Assembly: GCA_964016885.1 (NCBI GenBank)
Contig: OZ024745.1
Span: forward strand, 71,424,001 to 71,488,000
Source: Eledone cirrhosa
Lineage: Eukaryota
Reading direction: 5' to 3'
Length of the DNA stretch: 64,000 nt
In this document: positions 14,760 to 28,935 of the stretch, piece after piece
How the letters are laid out: every line of letters begins with the position of its first letter
How positions within the stretch are numbered: the first letter of the stretch is position 1
Made by a program: the position numbers and the translations under genes
The notes under the pieces: model-generated
Told to the model about the DNA's origin: nothing
What the model saw: the letters and a program-made list of their open reading frames with translations, nothing else
Databases searched by the model: none

Positions 14760-15497
14760 TGTTATTACTCTGAGTTCCTATCTTATCAAGTGCTTTGCTA
14801 ACTCATCATTTCATATAAGTAGGCCGAATTTACTTGCAAACCGCCAGAGATTCGATTTTACTGATTTCCAATTATATTATTCTCCAAGATTTAATGATTA
14901 ACTAATTAATTTAATTAGACAATTCTGTTGATTAGTTAATTATTTGTGTTTGTTTTATAACATCTAGTCGAGAGCTTATCATGATGATTAGCGGAAATTA
15001 TAATATTTCCTTTCGCTAACATTTTGAATGACCCGCCTAAAACCGGGGGTTATTTCCCTTGCCGGAATTAACACGTGATAACTATAGATACGATTAGCAG
15101 CCATACCGAGATGCAACATATAATTTATCACTCCGGTCCTAGGCAGAACGAAAACCTGTTGACAAACTGAATCCTCCGTTCGATCACCAATACCATGAGC
15201 TTGCCATTCACGTAAGTCTGATATTTGATTTCGGATTCAAAGAAACACTTTAAACGATTGTTCGTTTGATTTTTCCAGGTGTACTTTTCTCAACCTAATT
15301 AGTTCTATCGTTACTTTGGTATGTATTGTGTGTTAGTTTCGCCTACTACAATGTTCGATTTGTCAAGCTATTTAAACGTATGTTATTACTCTGAGGTCCT
15401 ATCTTATCGAGTGCTTTGCTAACTCATCCATTCATATAAATAGGCCGAATTTACTTGCAAACCGCCAGAGATTCGATTTTACTGATTCCCAATTATA
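14760..15497. mobile_element. TRIM-like element with ~117-bp terminal direct repeats, inserted in (TA)n
   Basis: 14760-14876 matches 15381-15497 with a few mismatches. Both start TGTTATT. The interior is non-coding. Confidence 0.55.
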
Positions 15498-15508
15498 TAT
15501 ATATACAC

Positions 15509-15561
<53 letters not shown>

Positions 15562-15606
15562 GTATTATATATATATATATATATATATATGTATTATATA
15601 TATATG

Positions 15607-15642
<36 letters not shown>

Positions 15643-15652
15643 TATATATATG

Positions 15653-15738
<86 letters not shown>

Positions 15739-15920
15739 CATATATACGTATATATAATAAAAGAGTATTAGTGATTGTATGGGTTAGTATTCAGTTGTGG
15801 TTTTAAGTTTTTAAGTTTTTACCGGTTGCGCATTTCTAAATGCTTTTCAAAAATAATTTTGAGATAGAGTGTCCGTGCTGTTTGCTCTGATCTGATTAGT
15901 TTTGGACACCTCTATTCTTT

Positions 15921-15963
<43 letters not shown>

Positions 15964-16354
15964 CATATATGAGTGTGTGTGTGGTGTGTAATAGATTATG
16001 CATATATATATAAATATATATAATAGAAATTATATATATATTTATATTATACATATATACGTGTGTGGGGGGGTATTAGTGGGGGAATGCACATGTGTGC
16101 GTCGTAGTAGTATTTAATATATGGTAAAAAATATATATTATTATGATTTTTTTAAAGAAATTTTAATAAAACATTGAATGTTTGTCAAACTCGTTTGTAT
16201 CGTCTGCTAGTATTTACTGATCAACTACTAACTGTCATAATATTGTGAAGAGAAGCAGTCAATGCCGTGTTCAAAGGTTGACAAGGTTTATTGAAATTGA
16301 TTAATAATATTATATCTCCTCATCCTCCTCACCCTCCTTATCCTTATTATAATA

Positions 16355-16605
16355 ATCATCATCATCATCATCATCGTCGTCAACATCAGCCTTTATTCAT
16401 CGTCATCATTATTTCTCGTCATTATCGTCATCATTCTTTGCTCATCATCATCATCATCATCATCATCATCGTCATCGTCGTCATCGTTTGCTCATCAATT
16501 CAATCTTGTTTTATGAATTAGAATTTCAGATCAAGAAGAAGAAGAAGAAGAAGAAGAAGAAGAAGAAGAAAAACGACAACAACAACAACAACAACTAACA
16601 ACAAT
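16355..16605. repeat. (CAT)n, (AAG)n and (AAC)n trinucleotide tracts
   Basis: Direct reading. Confidence 0.9.
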
Positions 16606-16769
16606 GGCGTTGCTATCTACAAAGATGAGATTGTGTAAAGCAGAGACTGCTGGCTTTCAGCCAGGATAAAAAGGTAGGAGTCAAACAAAGCAACAGTTCA
16701 ATTGATTCCTGAAGAAGAACTATCTCATTAATGATCGATACATAAAGCAAGGATAAAGAAGGCAAAATA

Positions 16770-16863
<94 letters not shown>

Positions 16864-17604
16864 TGTTAAACCTGCAGCAAATATAATTCTAGTGAATCGC
16901 GTCAGAGACGATGAGATACTGTCAAATAAAGAGAAATATTGAATGTTTCAAAAATATCTTCTTATATCGCTTATTCCTAGATTTACTCTTCTATCTTGAA
17001 AACTACTTGTAAACAAAGAATTGATCGTATTTGTGAAGCGTTGAGCAAATTGTGAATTTTCTATGTATTTTAGCATAACACTTAAGCTGCTTCAACGCAA
17101 GTTTTTCAACTATAGAAAATAGTTGAACAAATTGTACATGTAGACCCCTAGATACAGAAAATGTGGGCTTTTATGTCCAATCTTTTCAATTATTTTTCAT
17201 AGTCCGAATACCTGTGCTGAAGTAATTTCGATTAAGTTAACTTACATTCAAAATTCAAAATTTGTTCAACATTTCTATATAGATAAGAGTTAAAATAATG
17301 GACAAGTGGTCAGTTTTGCTTCTGTGTAATGATAGCATACTTGTAAATAACTGTTGAATTCTCTCTCTGACGAAGAAAAGGCAGCTCAAAACAAAGTAGA
17401 GCTATTTGACATGAACTTTCGATTTTGAGGGGTTCTACTCTCCCAAGTTCTAGTACTTTATTCTGTTCTATTACTTTTAATTATACCAATTCACTCAAGT
17501 AACAGTACCCCATACATAAATCATTCGTGTTTAGCACAAATTAGTAAAATACTTACTTGAGCAGTTTGAAAACAGACATGTATTTCACGTCAGGTCTGTG
17601 CATA

Positions 17605-17885
17605 TTATTCGAGGTTGACTTTGCCTTTCATCCTTACGGGGTCGATAAAATAAAGTACCAGTAATGCACTGGGTAATTGCTGGCCTTGTGCCTAAAGTAG
17701 AAACAATTATTGCAGTATCGATAGAGGGCCGGACATTCTCTCCAGCATAGTTACGTCCCTTTACGATCTGAGTTCAAATCCCGCTGAGGTTAACTTTGCC
17801 TTTCATCCTTACGGGGTCGATAAAATAAAGTACCAGTAATGTACTGGGTAATTGCTGGCCTTGTGCCAAAAGTAGAAACAATTAT
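17605..17885 (+). mobile_element. Two tandem tRNA-derived SINE copies with Meta-domain-like core
   Basis: B-box gagttcaaatccc in the second copy. Both carry the core ctttgcctttcatccttacggggtcgataaaataaagtaccag. Confidence 0.8.
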
Positions 17886-18111
17886 TATATTAGGTGTCTA
17901 TATTTTATATCTAATTTAATCCTATTACCAGTTTTTCACAGGCAGAATATAATCTCAGAGTACAAGGCAGAATATAATCTCAGTGAAAATCGCCCAAGAA
18001 AAAAAACAATGTATCAAATGTTATTCACACACATGTAGAGTACATTGTGCAGGCTTTCTTGGATGACGAGAGTCTTCGTCTCTGTCCCCACGACCCTCTC
18101 AGGAATAATAA

Positions 18112-18113
<2 letters not shown>

Positions 18114-18142
<29 letters not shown>

Positions 18143-18200
18143 AAGAAGAAGAAGAAGAAGAAGAAGAAGAAGAAGAAGAAGAAGAAGAAGAAGAAGAAGA
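18114..18200. repeat. (AAG)n microsatellite
   Basis: Direct reading. Confidence 0.97.
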
Positions 18201-19709
18201 ATTCTGTTTTGGTGAAGACCAACCGGACAAAAATCCTCAAACTCAGTGGACAAATTTCACATGGTAATAAGTAATACAGAATTTTAAGTTTATCTTTAAC
18301 AGGTAAATTTCATTACATAATGTTACGTATTAAAAACTATAAATCGATATTTTTATATCTTACTGTGTGGTGTCTTTGTCGAGTAGGAGTAAAGATCCTG
18401 TCCTCGGTATTTTTATCCGGTGGCGATTTTGACGGGTAGGTTTTTTTTGTTTGTATCCTAGCATCGCCATATAGCCCTTGAATGCCTTTAGCAAAATCCA
18501 CACATTTACAAGCATTTGGGCCAAGTCTCTAATCTAAAGAGAACTTTTTTCCCTCCTACCATTTGTGTAGGCCGTGAATTGGGCCATGGGGTTCCATAAA
18601 GAAGCTTATTGCAAACAACTATTGTTGTATAAACAACTTCCATCGTGTTAAGACTTAGTGTGCTTATTATTTGTGTATGATTATTTTTATGTGCTTATGC
18701 ATATCTTAAATTCGTGCATATGTGTATACCCGTGTATGTACCGCTATGTAAATGTGTATGCACATGCGTATTACTGTATGTATCTCTATGTACATATCTA
18801 TCTCTCAATGCGTATTTATTTTTTATTTTATTTTATCTTCTACCTGCTTCAGTCATTTGACTGTGACCATGCTGAGCACCACACTCAAGGATATATAGTG
18901 AATTATAACTAACAAAGAACTTGTAAACACGAGTTTGTTTTTTTATCCGACCTGGAAAGATGAAAGCTAAAGACAGCATAGGTGGTGTACTCTGTAGTAT
19001 GTACTAACGTTATTTTCCACTTTCAACTTAAGAGTTTAAAACGCAAAACATTCATTTTCAACGGATCTCGATAACACTAAAAATATCCTAACTAACATAT
19101 AATGTTAAAATATGGATTTAAACTTGATACGTGCATTGTAAGATCATGTCAGATGAGTGCTGCTAATTAATTACGTATATACGAGATAAACTTTTCATTT
19201 CTCAGTAACAATTGAAGTATTACTTTGACCATAGAAAATTTATCGATGTGACCTAGTAACCGGAAGTGCAAAAATTATTTACACTTGTAAGTATAAAAAG
19301 AAGAAGGGAAAAAATCATAAAAACGTCTGAAGTAAGTTTTAAAAAGAAACAAGAAAGAAAAAAAAATATTATTGCAGCTAAGGAAAGCAGTGAAAGATGT
19401 TTTCAGTGTTGTTGGGTCAGACTAACCTAAACTGTATGGAAGAAAATCAAAAGAAACCCTTGTGATTCCGAACTAGTTTGAGGTTGAATGGATGGACAGT
19501 GCTTTCTTTGATATCTCTTCAGTTGTTTCAACAACGATCAGATGAACTATTAACGCAAAATCAGTGTCGACTGAGCAAAGTTGAAAAACTAAGAAATGAA
19601 TAGAGTAGCAAAAGTTAATGATTTAACATCAATAAATTGATGATATATAAAAGGACCGAGGATATTTGGTTAGGCGTACATTTATTTCCAAGCTATAGTG
19701 CATGTTATA

Positions 19710-20090
19710 GAAAAGACTAGTGTCTCGAGACTCACTCAATCCATAAATCCAATATATCAGGTTCAGTCAATGTATGACCAGTTTCTCAATCTAAGTCGAT
19801 TATTAAAACAATCTATATGATCTGTCAGTATCTCATTCTTTTTCAATCCATAAGACTAGTGTCTCATTCTTAGTCAATTCATAAGACCATTGTCCCAGTC
19901 TTAGTTAATTAGAGTTTCATTCGAACCATAAGACCTGTCAGTATTTCAATAAATCCTTAAGACCAGTTAGTGTCCCAGTCAACCATAAGATTAGGTCCTC
20001 AGTCTCAGTCCATCTATAATACCAGTTAGTGTCACAGTCTGATTCATGCCATAAGACCAATAAATGCCTGAGCCTCAGTCAAGCCATAAT
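19710..20090. repeat. Degenerate ~35-bp tandem repeat (caatccataagaccagttagtgtctcagt-like)
   Basis: Recurrent ccataagac motif at roughly regular spacing. Confidence 0.65.
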
Positions 20091-21632
20091 GTGCTTTGAC
20101 TTGAGTTTCACTTTAGCGAACTCCTGAACTCCATAATCATGCTTGCGTCTCTAAATGTTACCAGATTATTTTATCGTTCAAGTCATGTTATGTTGGTGTA
20201 GGTTCCAGTCATGATTCTATCTGTGTGCATCGCCTATGGCAAGCAAAATACACACGTAACTTCTTCGTATTCTTTCTAGTACTTTGCCACTTTCTAAAAA
20301 TCAGTTTACAACCTCTATCGTTCTTTATCAAACCATAAAATGAATTTAACTTGCCTGATCCACCCGTATCTTTTTTTATTATTGGTTCAACCATATTTCG
20401 TCGTTAATTGGTCTACATGTAATTCACTTTTGTGGGGAGAAAGTCTTTATACTTAGTTATTTTGTAGGCTAGTTACATCGTATTGGTCTTGATAAAATAA
20501 AACAAATCAATGTTATGGGGTAGTTTTTTATTACTAATGTTATTACAATATAGAATAAAGCTTACTTTTGTTTTGTTTTGCGGTGGCTACTACTATGAAG
20601 AAAATAACCTTCCAAGTAGGTATGTGTAAAGAATTTCTCCCCTCAATAAAAAAACAATACTGTCGGACCAATCAAATTTACGCTTGTCAAAATGAAATAA
20701 AAATCTAAGTTTAATGGCAAAATTTGTTGTTTTTTTTTTTTGTTTCTTTCTTTCATTTTATTTTCATGCAATTCTCCACCTCCTCTTTCTCTATTTATTT
20801 CCTATTCAGTCATATGATTCTTCATTACATAAACTTATTGTGAAGAATTAATCTTTTCATTTCGTCTAATAATAAGGCATCAAATATCTTTTACTTCAAA
20901 AACAAATTCAACGAATGTTCTTTAGATTTTGTACTTCAGCCAATAATTCTTACTTTTATGACAAATGTAAAGTTATTTCGTTTCATCTATTTCTGTTCTG
21001 TCGTTATTTCTTTCTTTTATTCTTTCACCCCTTTTGTTTGGTTGTAATAATTTTCATTTAGTATTTTCACTTATATTTTTCAAATTGGTTTCTCTTTTCA
21101 TATTAATGAAAAGAGAAACCAGTTGCATTATTATCTTTGTTTATATAGCACTGTAAAAGTTAAAACATTTTAATTCATATTTATATTTAAATATATTTCA
21201 TATTTTCCAACTTTTATCAACAAACTACTAAAAATTTCACTGAATTTGATACAAAAAGTTTTTTGCTTAACTTCGTTTAGGAAGTACAATATTGTTGCTG
21301 CTGCCGTTGTTTAGACCGGAGCAACCATGATCGAACAGATCTATGACCAAAGACGTTACAGCCATGACTGTCCTATATTTTATTTGGACAGAATATAACT
21401 CGGACTAAATTATCCAATGTGACTTGCTTTTTTTGTTTTGTTTTAAGATTGCTGAGTGTGGTTTGAGGGAGATTGGCTGATATTTCTAGTAGGCCCACCG
21501 AGTTCGTAGAGATGCTCTCGTTGACTACAAATTATTAGAGAATTTATGTGAAATAATGCTTAAATAGGAGATAAAGATGTGTTCTCTGAGGAAAAAAAAA
21601 CATGATTATGGAAGTACTATTATATTATTATT

Positions 21633-21815
21633 TGGTGGATTGGCAGTATCGGTAGAGGGTCGTACGCCATGCTTTCCAGCATAGTTACGTCCCTTTCCGA
21701 TCTGAGTTCAAATCCCACCGAGGTTGACTTTGCCTTTCATCCTTACGGGGTCGATAAAATAAAGTACCAGTAATGCACTGGGTAATTGCTGGCCTTGTGC
21801 CTAAAGTAGAAACAA
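21633..21815 (+). mobile_element. tRNA-derived SINE (Meta-domain-like family)
   Basis: A-box-like tggcagtatcggt, B-box gagttcaaatccc and the shared core. Confidence 0.85.
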
Positions 21816-22149
21816 TCATATTATTATTTAATGGTTTAAGATTTCATAACATATAACAACATTATTAAAATATAATGGATTTGATAATATTATGGTCAGA
21901 TATAACATAAAATGGAAAACAGTTTAAATGTTTGGCGAATGTTAATAATCATTTTAACAAAAGAGTTAAAGTGAACATGCATTATCAAAATGTTATTTTG
22001 CTTTCCATTTTTGTCTCTGAAATATCTGAACTGATTAATGTGTATATCTGGTTTAGAATAGGCATACCGTATCCGTGTGTAATGCAAAGAGGCGACTAAA
22101 TTGTTTGACACCAAGAAGGGCATCCGGTCATAAAAATTTGCCTCAAACG

Positions 22150-22345
22150 TGAACCCATGGTGAGTATAAAGACAGTCATTTGCCCTGCAAGACTAGCTCC
22201 TGCTTCATCAAGGAAAGTTGTCTTAAAATGCTTCTAGAGGCGACTTAAAGTTTAGTATCAGGGAGGCCATCTGGCTGTAAAATATTGTCTTAAAATGACT
22301 TCATGATGACTAAAGCCTGCCATGGAACCTGCAAGGTTTACACCT
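22150..22345 (+). repeat. Interspersed repeat, paralog of 24720-24915
   Basis: Alignable over ~195 bp (aagttgtcttaaaatgcttctagaggcgact...catctggctgtaaaa). Confidence 0.75.
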
Positions 22346-24719
22346 GCTTCAGCAGGGAATATGGTCTTAAATGCTTCTTCTTGTTGTTGTTGTGTACATT
22401 ATCAAAGTCGACCTTGATCGCTGATAGTCATTTTTAATCGATTTTACAGAAAATATATATAAAACTGTATTAAGTTATTTGAATCGGAGATTTTTCATTC
22501 CATATAATAATGGCTTTCCTGGAAAAACCCAAGACATGACGATACTGACAAACCTTGCTTCGAATTCACTCTTGTGAAGCAGAATGTGAAAGGACGCAGG
22601 TATTGTTGAAGGGTTAAGAAGTTCGCTTCACAATCATGAGGTCCTAGGTTCAATCCCATTACGTAGCATCCTGCTCAAGTGTCTTTACTATAGTTTCGGG
22701 ACAACTCAAGCCTTGTAAAGGAATTTCAAAAGCCGGAAATATATATAAACTCGTCAGATTGATTATACTTGTAATTCAAAGGTTCAGTTTGTATCAGATA
22801 TTGCATTTCGCTGATATAGCTTGGGAATGACGTTGAGGGTGCACGTGTCTGTGAAACTATTCAACCACTTAGATGTTAATTCATGAGCCAGAGGTTCAGT
22901 TGATTGAACATCTGGATGCTCATCGTCGAAATCAACGGAGAATATATCATGAAGCAGAACAATTGAAGAATGCTGTTTACACTGTTTGATTAAGAATAAC
23001 ATTTATTTCGTTTGTTCGTGAACTGGAAAGTTCTCAGCTTGAGACCTTTTAAAATTGTTTCATAACATGCTACACATTGCAAATGACAGCCATAAAATCA
23101 TAAAATAAATTAAATTGATATTGTTAGATTTTATTTTTTAATTTGGTTGAGTTGCTGTCATGGAGCCTAGATAGAGTGTTCGGCTCATAAACGTTGGGTC
23201 ATGAGTTCGATTCCCGGTGAGTTGTGGCCTTGAGAAAACCACTTTAATTTTTGTTTATTCAGTCGATTCAATTGGGAAAAAAAAACTAGTTGTACTTTTA
23301 CTCCAAAGTAATTCACACAGCTTCACGTTGAATCTTCCCGAAAATTACGTTATTGGTACATGTGTCTAGACTATTCAGTCACTTACACGCCAGATTCATG
23401 AGCAGGCAGTTCCGTAGTTCAAACAACTAGAATACTAGTCTTTAGTCCAACATTTCAGTTAGTTGAATCGACCCGTTTCTAGCTTATTCGTCACACATCT
23501 GTAACATAATGCTTTGCCATAAATGTGTTGAGTAATTATGCCTGCTTTGATCTTTCAAATGCTATGTGAAACCTTACAAATCTCATTCATTTGTAACTTA
23601 ATAACTTTTAAAAAGGACAACCGTCAGATTGAACCAAGGAAACTAAGTTTCCTATGTTGATGCTATCTACCTGTCTCAATTCCTAGTAGAGTTGAATAAA
23701 CAGAATTGTTTAATCAGTATATTTTTTTTTTTAATTTACAAAATTTATATTTCAAAGTACAAAACTAATGAAATAAAATTTGAATGCAAGCTTTTGTCTC
23801 TTTTGGTAAATCTGAATTTATAATTACATATCCAAAGCCTCAGTTCAAACACTATGATCGGAATGAATCTGGTTGTCAACTAGAACAAACTTCGTGATCT
23901 GGATTAGCTTTTTCAGCGCATCTTTTCGCTATCCTCCAGAGTAACATTTTCACCATTCTGTCCGCAAAGACCATGAAGTAACATGTATATGATGTTTTGC
24001 AAATGACATGAGAGGTTTAATATGTACGTTTTATATATATATGGGCATCAACTCTTGATGGAGCCGTTAGAACACTGTTGCAAAATACGGCGTGTCGAGA
24101 GCATTTTAAACTTGACAAAGCCCATCACTGAACAGTTCTGAACAGTTCTGAAAGTAAGAAAGAAAATCAGAGAAATTACTGGAGTGATATTTTAAGTATC
24201 GACCTCGAAAGGATGAAAGGTAAAGTTGATCTCAGCGAAATTTGAACTCCGACTGCAGAAACAAATACCGCAAAGCATTCTGGCGTTCTAACGATTCTAC
24301 CAATTCATCGCCTTATCTTACGTATAGCCATCCATAAAAGACATTCAAAAAGTAACTCAGATTAATTTATTATTTCAACAGTAGTGTAAACAATATGCTG
24401 TATAATTGGATTTTTTACATTTATAATTAATAGGAAACATTAAAATATTTGTTGTATTTTCTTTAACCTACATAAATTCCAGTTCTAAAAGGAAGAAAAC
24501 ATTTTATTAAATCAAAATTTCATATTTAAATTTATATAGTTGCAAACAGAAGAGAGAGAAAAAAGAAAAACCCCGGGGGGAGGATAAATATAAAAATAAA
24601 TGGGGTGGATGGAGAAGGGGCACATTTTGCGCCCTTGGCTGGGTAATACATCTCATCTGCGCTCCGCTGACACAATGGCGAAAGCATTACCACGAAGAAC
24701 AACCAAAATTGCCTCAAAT

Positions 24720-24915
24720 GTGAACCTATAGTGAGTATAGATAGTCATTTGCTCCGCAAGAGTAGCTCCTGCTTTAGCAAGGGAAGTTGTCTTAAAATGC
24801 TTCTAGAGGCGACTAAAAAGTTTGATATCAGGAAGGGCATCTGGCTGTAAAACATTGTCTTAAAAAGACTTCATGATAAGTATAAAGCCTGTCATGGGAT
24901 CTGCAAGGCTTACAC
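24720..24915 (+). repeat. Interspersed repeat, paralog of 22150-22345
   Basis: Same shared blocks as 22150-22345. Confidence 0.75.
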
Positions 24916-26092
24916 ATGGTATCGATTGATGACTTGAGCTCTATCTCACGGTTGTTAGCGAAGTCACGTAGCTTAGTGGTTTGTATGTTCAGTTTAATTT
25001 TCGGACTGAGCAATGTGTTGTATCCTAGAGCAAGATACTTTATTTCACGTTGTTCCAGTCCACTCAGCTGGAAGAAATGAAGTCATGTAGGTGAAATTCA
25101 AAAAACAGAAATTGATTGGTAGTCCGGTAGATAAGCTGTACCTGTAGTTCAAAGGGTTAACCTTGTCACACATTGTGTCACGCAGAACCTCCCTGAGAAT
25201 TACATAAGGACATACGTATGCGTGGAAAGCTCAGCCAATTGCACGTTAACTTCACAAGCTTGCTGTTCTGTTTGTCAAACAACTGGAACAATGGTCGTCG
25301 TCGGATATCCAACAACATAATCAATTGATCACTATAAATACATTTCAATTTTTCCTAATGTTTCTTAAGTCAACCGGATGTTCACACTGCCAGCCACAAG
25401 CATAACATCTAATAGATGGCAATTGGTTGTTAGGAACCCCTTTTCGTAATAGTTAACACATTCGTGAGGCATCCGAGAGATGCGGCATTCGATTCCTCAC
25501 AGACGCCTCCATTTTTTTCTATCTCTAGGGGCGTTTTATCCGATTTTATTACTCATAGTGATCAACTATTATTATCGTAATTTACATTAGGTAGACTAGA
25601 CATTTCAAATACACACACGCACACACATGTATATGTAGATTCCAGAGTTGTGTTGGGGAGTAACCACAGTTAAAAAAATGTTCTCAATACATCGGTAGAG
25701 TATAGGCATCTTTATTATATATAGAAATGACTTCTACAGAACTAGAACTGTTTCATTCCTGTTGATTTCATACGAGTATATACAAAAATACACACACACA
25801 CACACACACACCCAGCCGACTGAATACGCACTTGTGTTCTTTTTCTCCTCAAATGTTTTTCTTATCCCCGTTCCTTGTCCTTATCACTCTTTACTTTCTA
25901 TTTATCTTCTATTTCTAATTCTATCTCCTGGCGAAGGACTAGTGTCCGAAACGTTAAGACTCTTCCTGTTATTTCAAGCGTTATATATATGTATACATAA
26001 TTCAACACCATTCTAATAAATATATGTATACATTTTTTAGGACACCCTGTATATTTACACACACATATATATCCAAGCACACACACAAATAT

Positions 26093-26135
<43 letters not shown>

Positions 26136-27583
26136 TGTATGCACTTGTGTTGAGTAAAACACCATGTGAACAACAATCATCATGGTTGAAAATAATCGAT
26201 ATATTTCATTTGTTGGTTGCCATAGCTATACATTTTGCAGACATCAATATGTTTGTACTTATATAGAAATGACCATTATAGATGTAGACACGTACGTGGC
26301 ATTCACCAAATGACTTATGGTAGCTGAACCATAAAAATGAAAGAAATACGAGAACTATTAAAACAAGAGCTTCCCTTCTATCGAACACAAATGTTTCTTG
26401 GGAGAGTTGTAAAGTAAAGAAAACATTTGCCTTAGAAGTGCGTAAGGATTGAGTTCATTTTCTTGTCTTATCAAATATATTTATATTAACAGATTTTTTC
26501 AAACCTCATCTCTAGTTTGTAGAGTTATTTACTTACAAGCATAGAAGCACTATATATATATACACACATACATATACACACACTATATTTTATATATCTA
26601 CATACTCTGCAACATATGCATCGCGTACTGCCCTGATTTGTGGTCTTCCGGGTTTTTGAACCGTGAACACTTCATACATACATAGAGAGAGAGAGAGAGG
26701 AGGTTGTTAAATGAAATTGAGACTAGTAAGATGATGTGTGTGTTTCTTTGCTGAAATTTATATGGAAATGAGTACATTTATTACATATATTTATTTATCT
26801 TTGTGAAGATTCAGAAAGTTTCCAGTTATCAAATTTTATTAAATAGAAAAATCTTGATTTAAGAATTCAAAATGCTTTTATGCTTTAATTGTTCTTTTAA
26901 GTCGCTGTATATCCGGAATATTATGCAATCATTCCTAAAAGTAGTTAGGTGGGTATTGCAGTAACAGCTTCTTACTGACGGCTCTCAGAAGTCGGTAATG
27001 GCAACATAGAATATAACCAGTGAGAAAGTGTGGTACCTATTGACAATCCTTTGAATAAAGAACATCAAAAACTCATAAATGTATACGAAATGAATACAGA
27101 AACAAGGGAAATCAATTTTCTGGTAGAGCAAGTGACAACCGACGAAATTTTACTAAAGCAAAAATAATCACGGAGAGAGAGAACCCCGACCGCGGATCCA
27201 AGCGGTTTCGGCTTGTGTGTTCAGGATTTTACATATCTTTATACCCACTCTGCATCTCCCCATGGTGGTGTTGGCAGTGATGCTGATGCTGTTACAGGAT
27301 AAAACTCCCAATGCAAACACATACAAATATATTTCCACTTAATTTCCCCCCTAACTAATGCTTTGGATTCGCAAAATCGTTGGTGCGTCCGACAAATTGA
27401 TTTACATTTACCTCGATTTTTTTTATATTCTGAGTTCAAATATCGCCAATGTCAACTTTGCCTTTTATTTTTAAGGATCAATAAACTAAGGTACTAATCA
27501 TGTACCGGGCTCGATATAATTAACTCCCCCTCCCAGAACCCAATAGTTTAGTTTTGCTTAAATTAGAAATCATTATTTCTCAT

Positions 27584-27997
27584 TGGTGGATTGGCAGTAT
27601 CGGTAGAGGATCGGACGCCATGCTTTGCAGCATAGAGTTACGGCTCTTTATGATCTGAGCTCAAATCCCGCCGAGGTTAACTTTGCCTTTCATCCTTATG
27701 GGGTCGATAAAATAAAGTACCAGTCACGCACTGGGGGGGGGGGGGTCGATTTAATCGACTTTCCCCTCCCCCCAAAAATTACTGGCCTAGGGAGGGGGAA
27801 ACCATTATTTCTCTCATCGGTGGATTGGCAGTATCGGTAGAGGGTCGGACGCCATGCTTTGACGCATAGAGTTACGGCCCTTGCCATTCTGAGTTCAAAT
27901 TCCGCCGAGGTTAACTTTGCCTTTCATCCTTACGCGGTCGATAAAATAAAGTACCAGTAATACTGGGTAATTGCTGGCCTTGTGCCAAAAGTAGAAA
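27584..27997 (+). mobile_element. Two tandem tRNA-derived SINEs (long form followed by short form)
   Basis: Both start ggtggattggcagtatcggtagagg and carry the B-box and shared core. Confidence 0.85.
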
Positions 27998-28513
27998 ATT
28001 ATTTCTCATCTGTTTTGTTCTCTCGTTCTCTTATCCACAAAGAGATTTATGTCTGCGATATTTCCTCTTAAATCTAACGAATTGCTGTCAAGATTAAAGG
28101 AAACTCGCTCAATTAGAAAATGTCCATATGTTGAAATACAGTAAATAGCTAAGAATTATGGAAGTATTCTTGCAAAGCCTCCGAGAGAAATTTTGCAAAG
28201 TAGATTGTTTTCGGGCTTCGTTGTAAACCAGAGGCACTTCAGGGTTTATCTTGATCAAGAACACAACATGCTTCCTCGTGTGCGAAGGGAATTTCACCAT
28301 CATATGACTGACCTCAACATGCTAACCACTAGGCTACGCATTTAGTAGTTAACAGACCAAGGGAAGGCTTTTATCAAAAATAAAAATGATCAGGAGGCTT
28401 ATTCTTTAGAGGGCACTAATATTCACAGGTCCCTGCTTCGCTGCCTGGGACCCAGGACAGTTGTATCAGCAAATTCGCACCTTTCTTATAAGCCCTGAAC
28501 AATATACATTTTA

Positions 28514-28547
28514 CTAGTGGACCCGTGCCGCTATTGCGGCAATAGCG
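28514..28547 (-). mobile_element. Helitron-like 3' terminus (hairpin followed by CTAG|T)
   Basis: actag plus the perfect hairpin cgctattgc-g-gcaatagcg. Shares cccgtgccg with the terminus at 30008. Confidence 0.55.
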
Positions 28548-28894
28548 TTGAACGTATTTAATTTTTAAAGTTTAGTATTGGTATGCCACATACTATAATT
28601 ATCGGATATATGAACACTCATGCAAACTGGAAAGTTTACGTTTTGATAAATTAATGGTTTGCATAAGAGCAACCCTATAGTTTATATTGATTGTTGACAT
28701 GAAGTGATTAAAAATAAGATTAAGTTATTTCTAAGATGTGTGAAATGTTCATATATGTAAAAATGATATTCAGAATTACATGTAGGAGTAAATTTAGAGA
28801 AATAATTATTTACAGCTGCAAAAGTAGGATTAGAACCCAGAACCTTGTGGCTGGAAGGCGGACTTATAACTCTCTCGATCTGTGCCTGTGTGTG

Positions 28895-28935
<41 letters not shown>

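Noticed and set aside
18014-18274. Poly-K, poly-F and poly-L ORFs
   Set aside because: Translations of the (AAG)n repeat.
21086-21121. 16-bp perfect hairpin
   Set aside because: Short, AT-rich and isolated, with no supporting context.
25445-25510. tRNA-like sequence
   Set aside because: Only degenerate A/B-box-like motifs with no full cloverleaf. Probably a SINE head.
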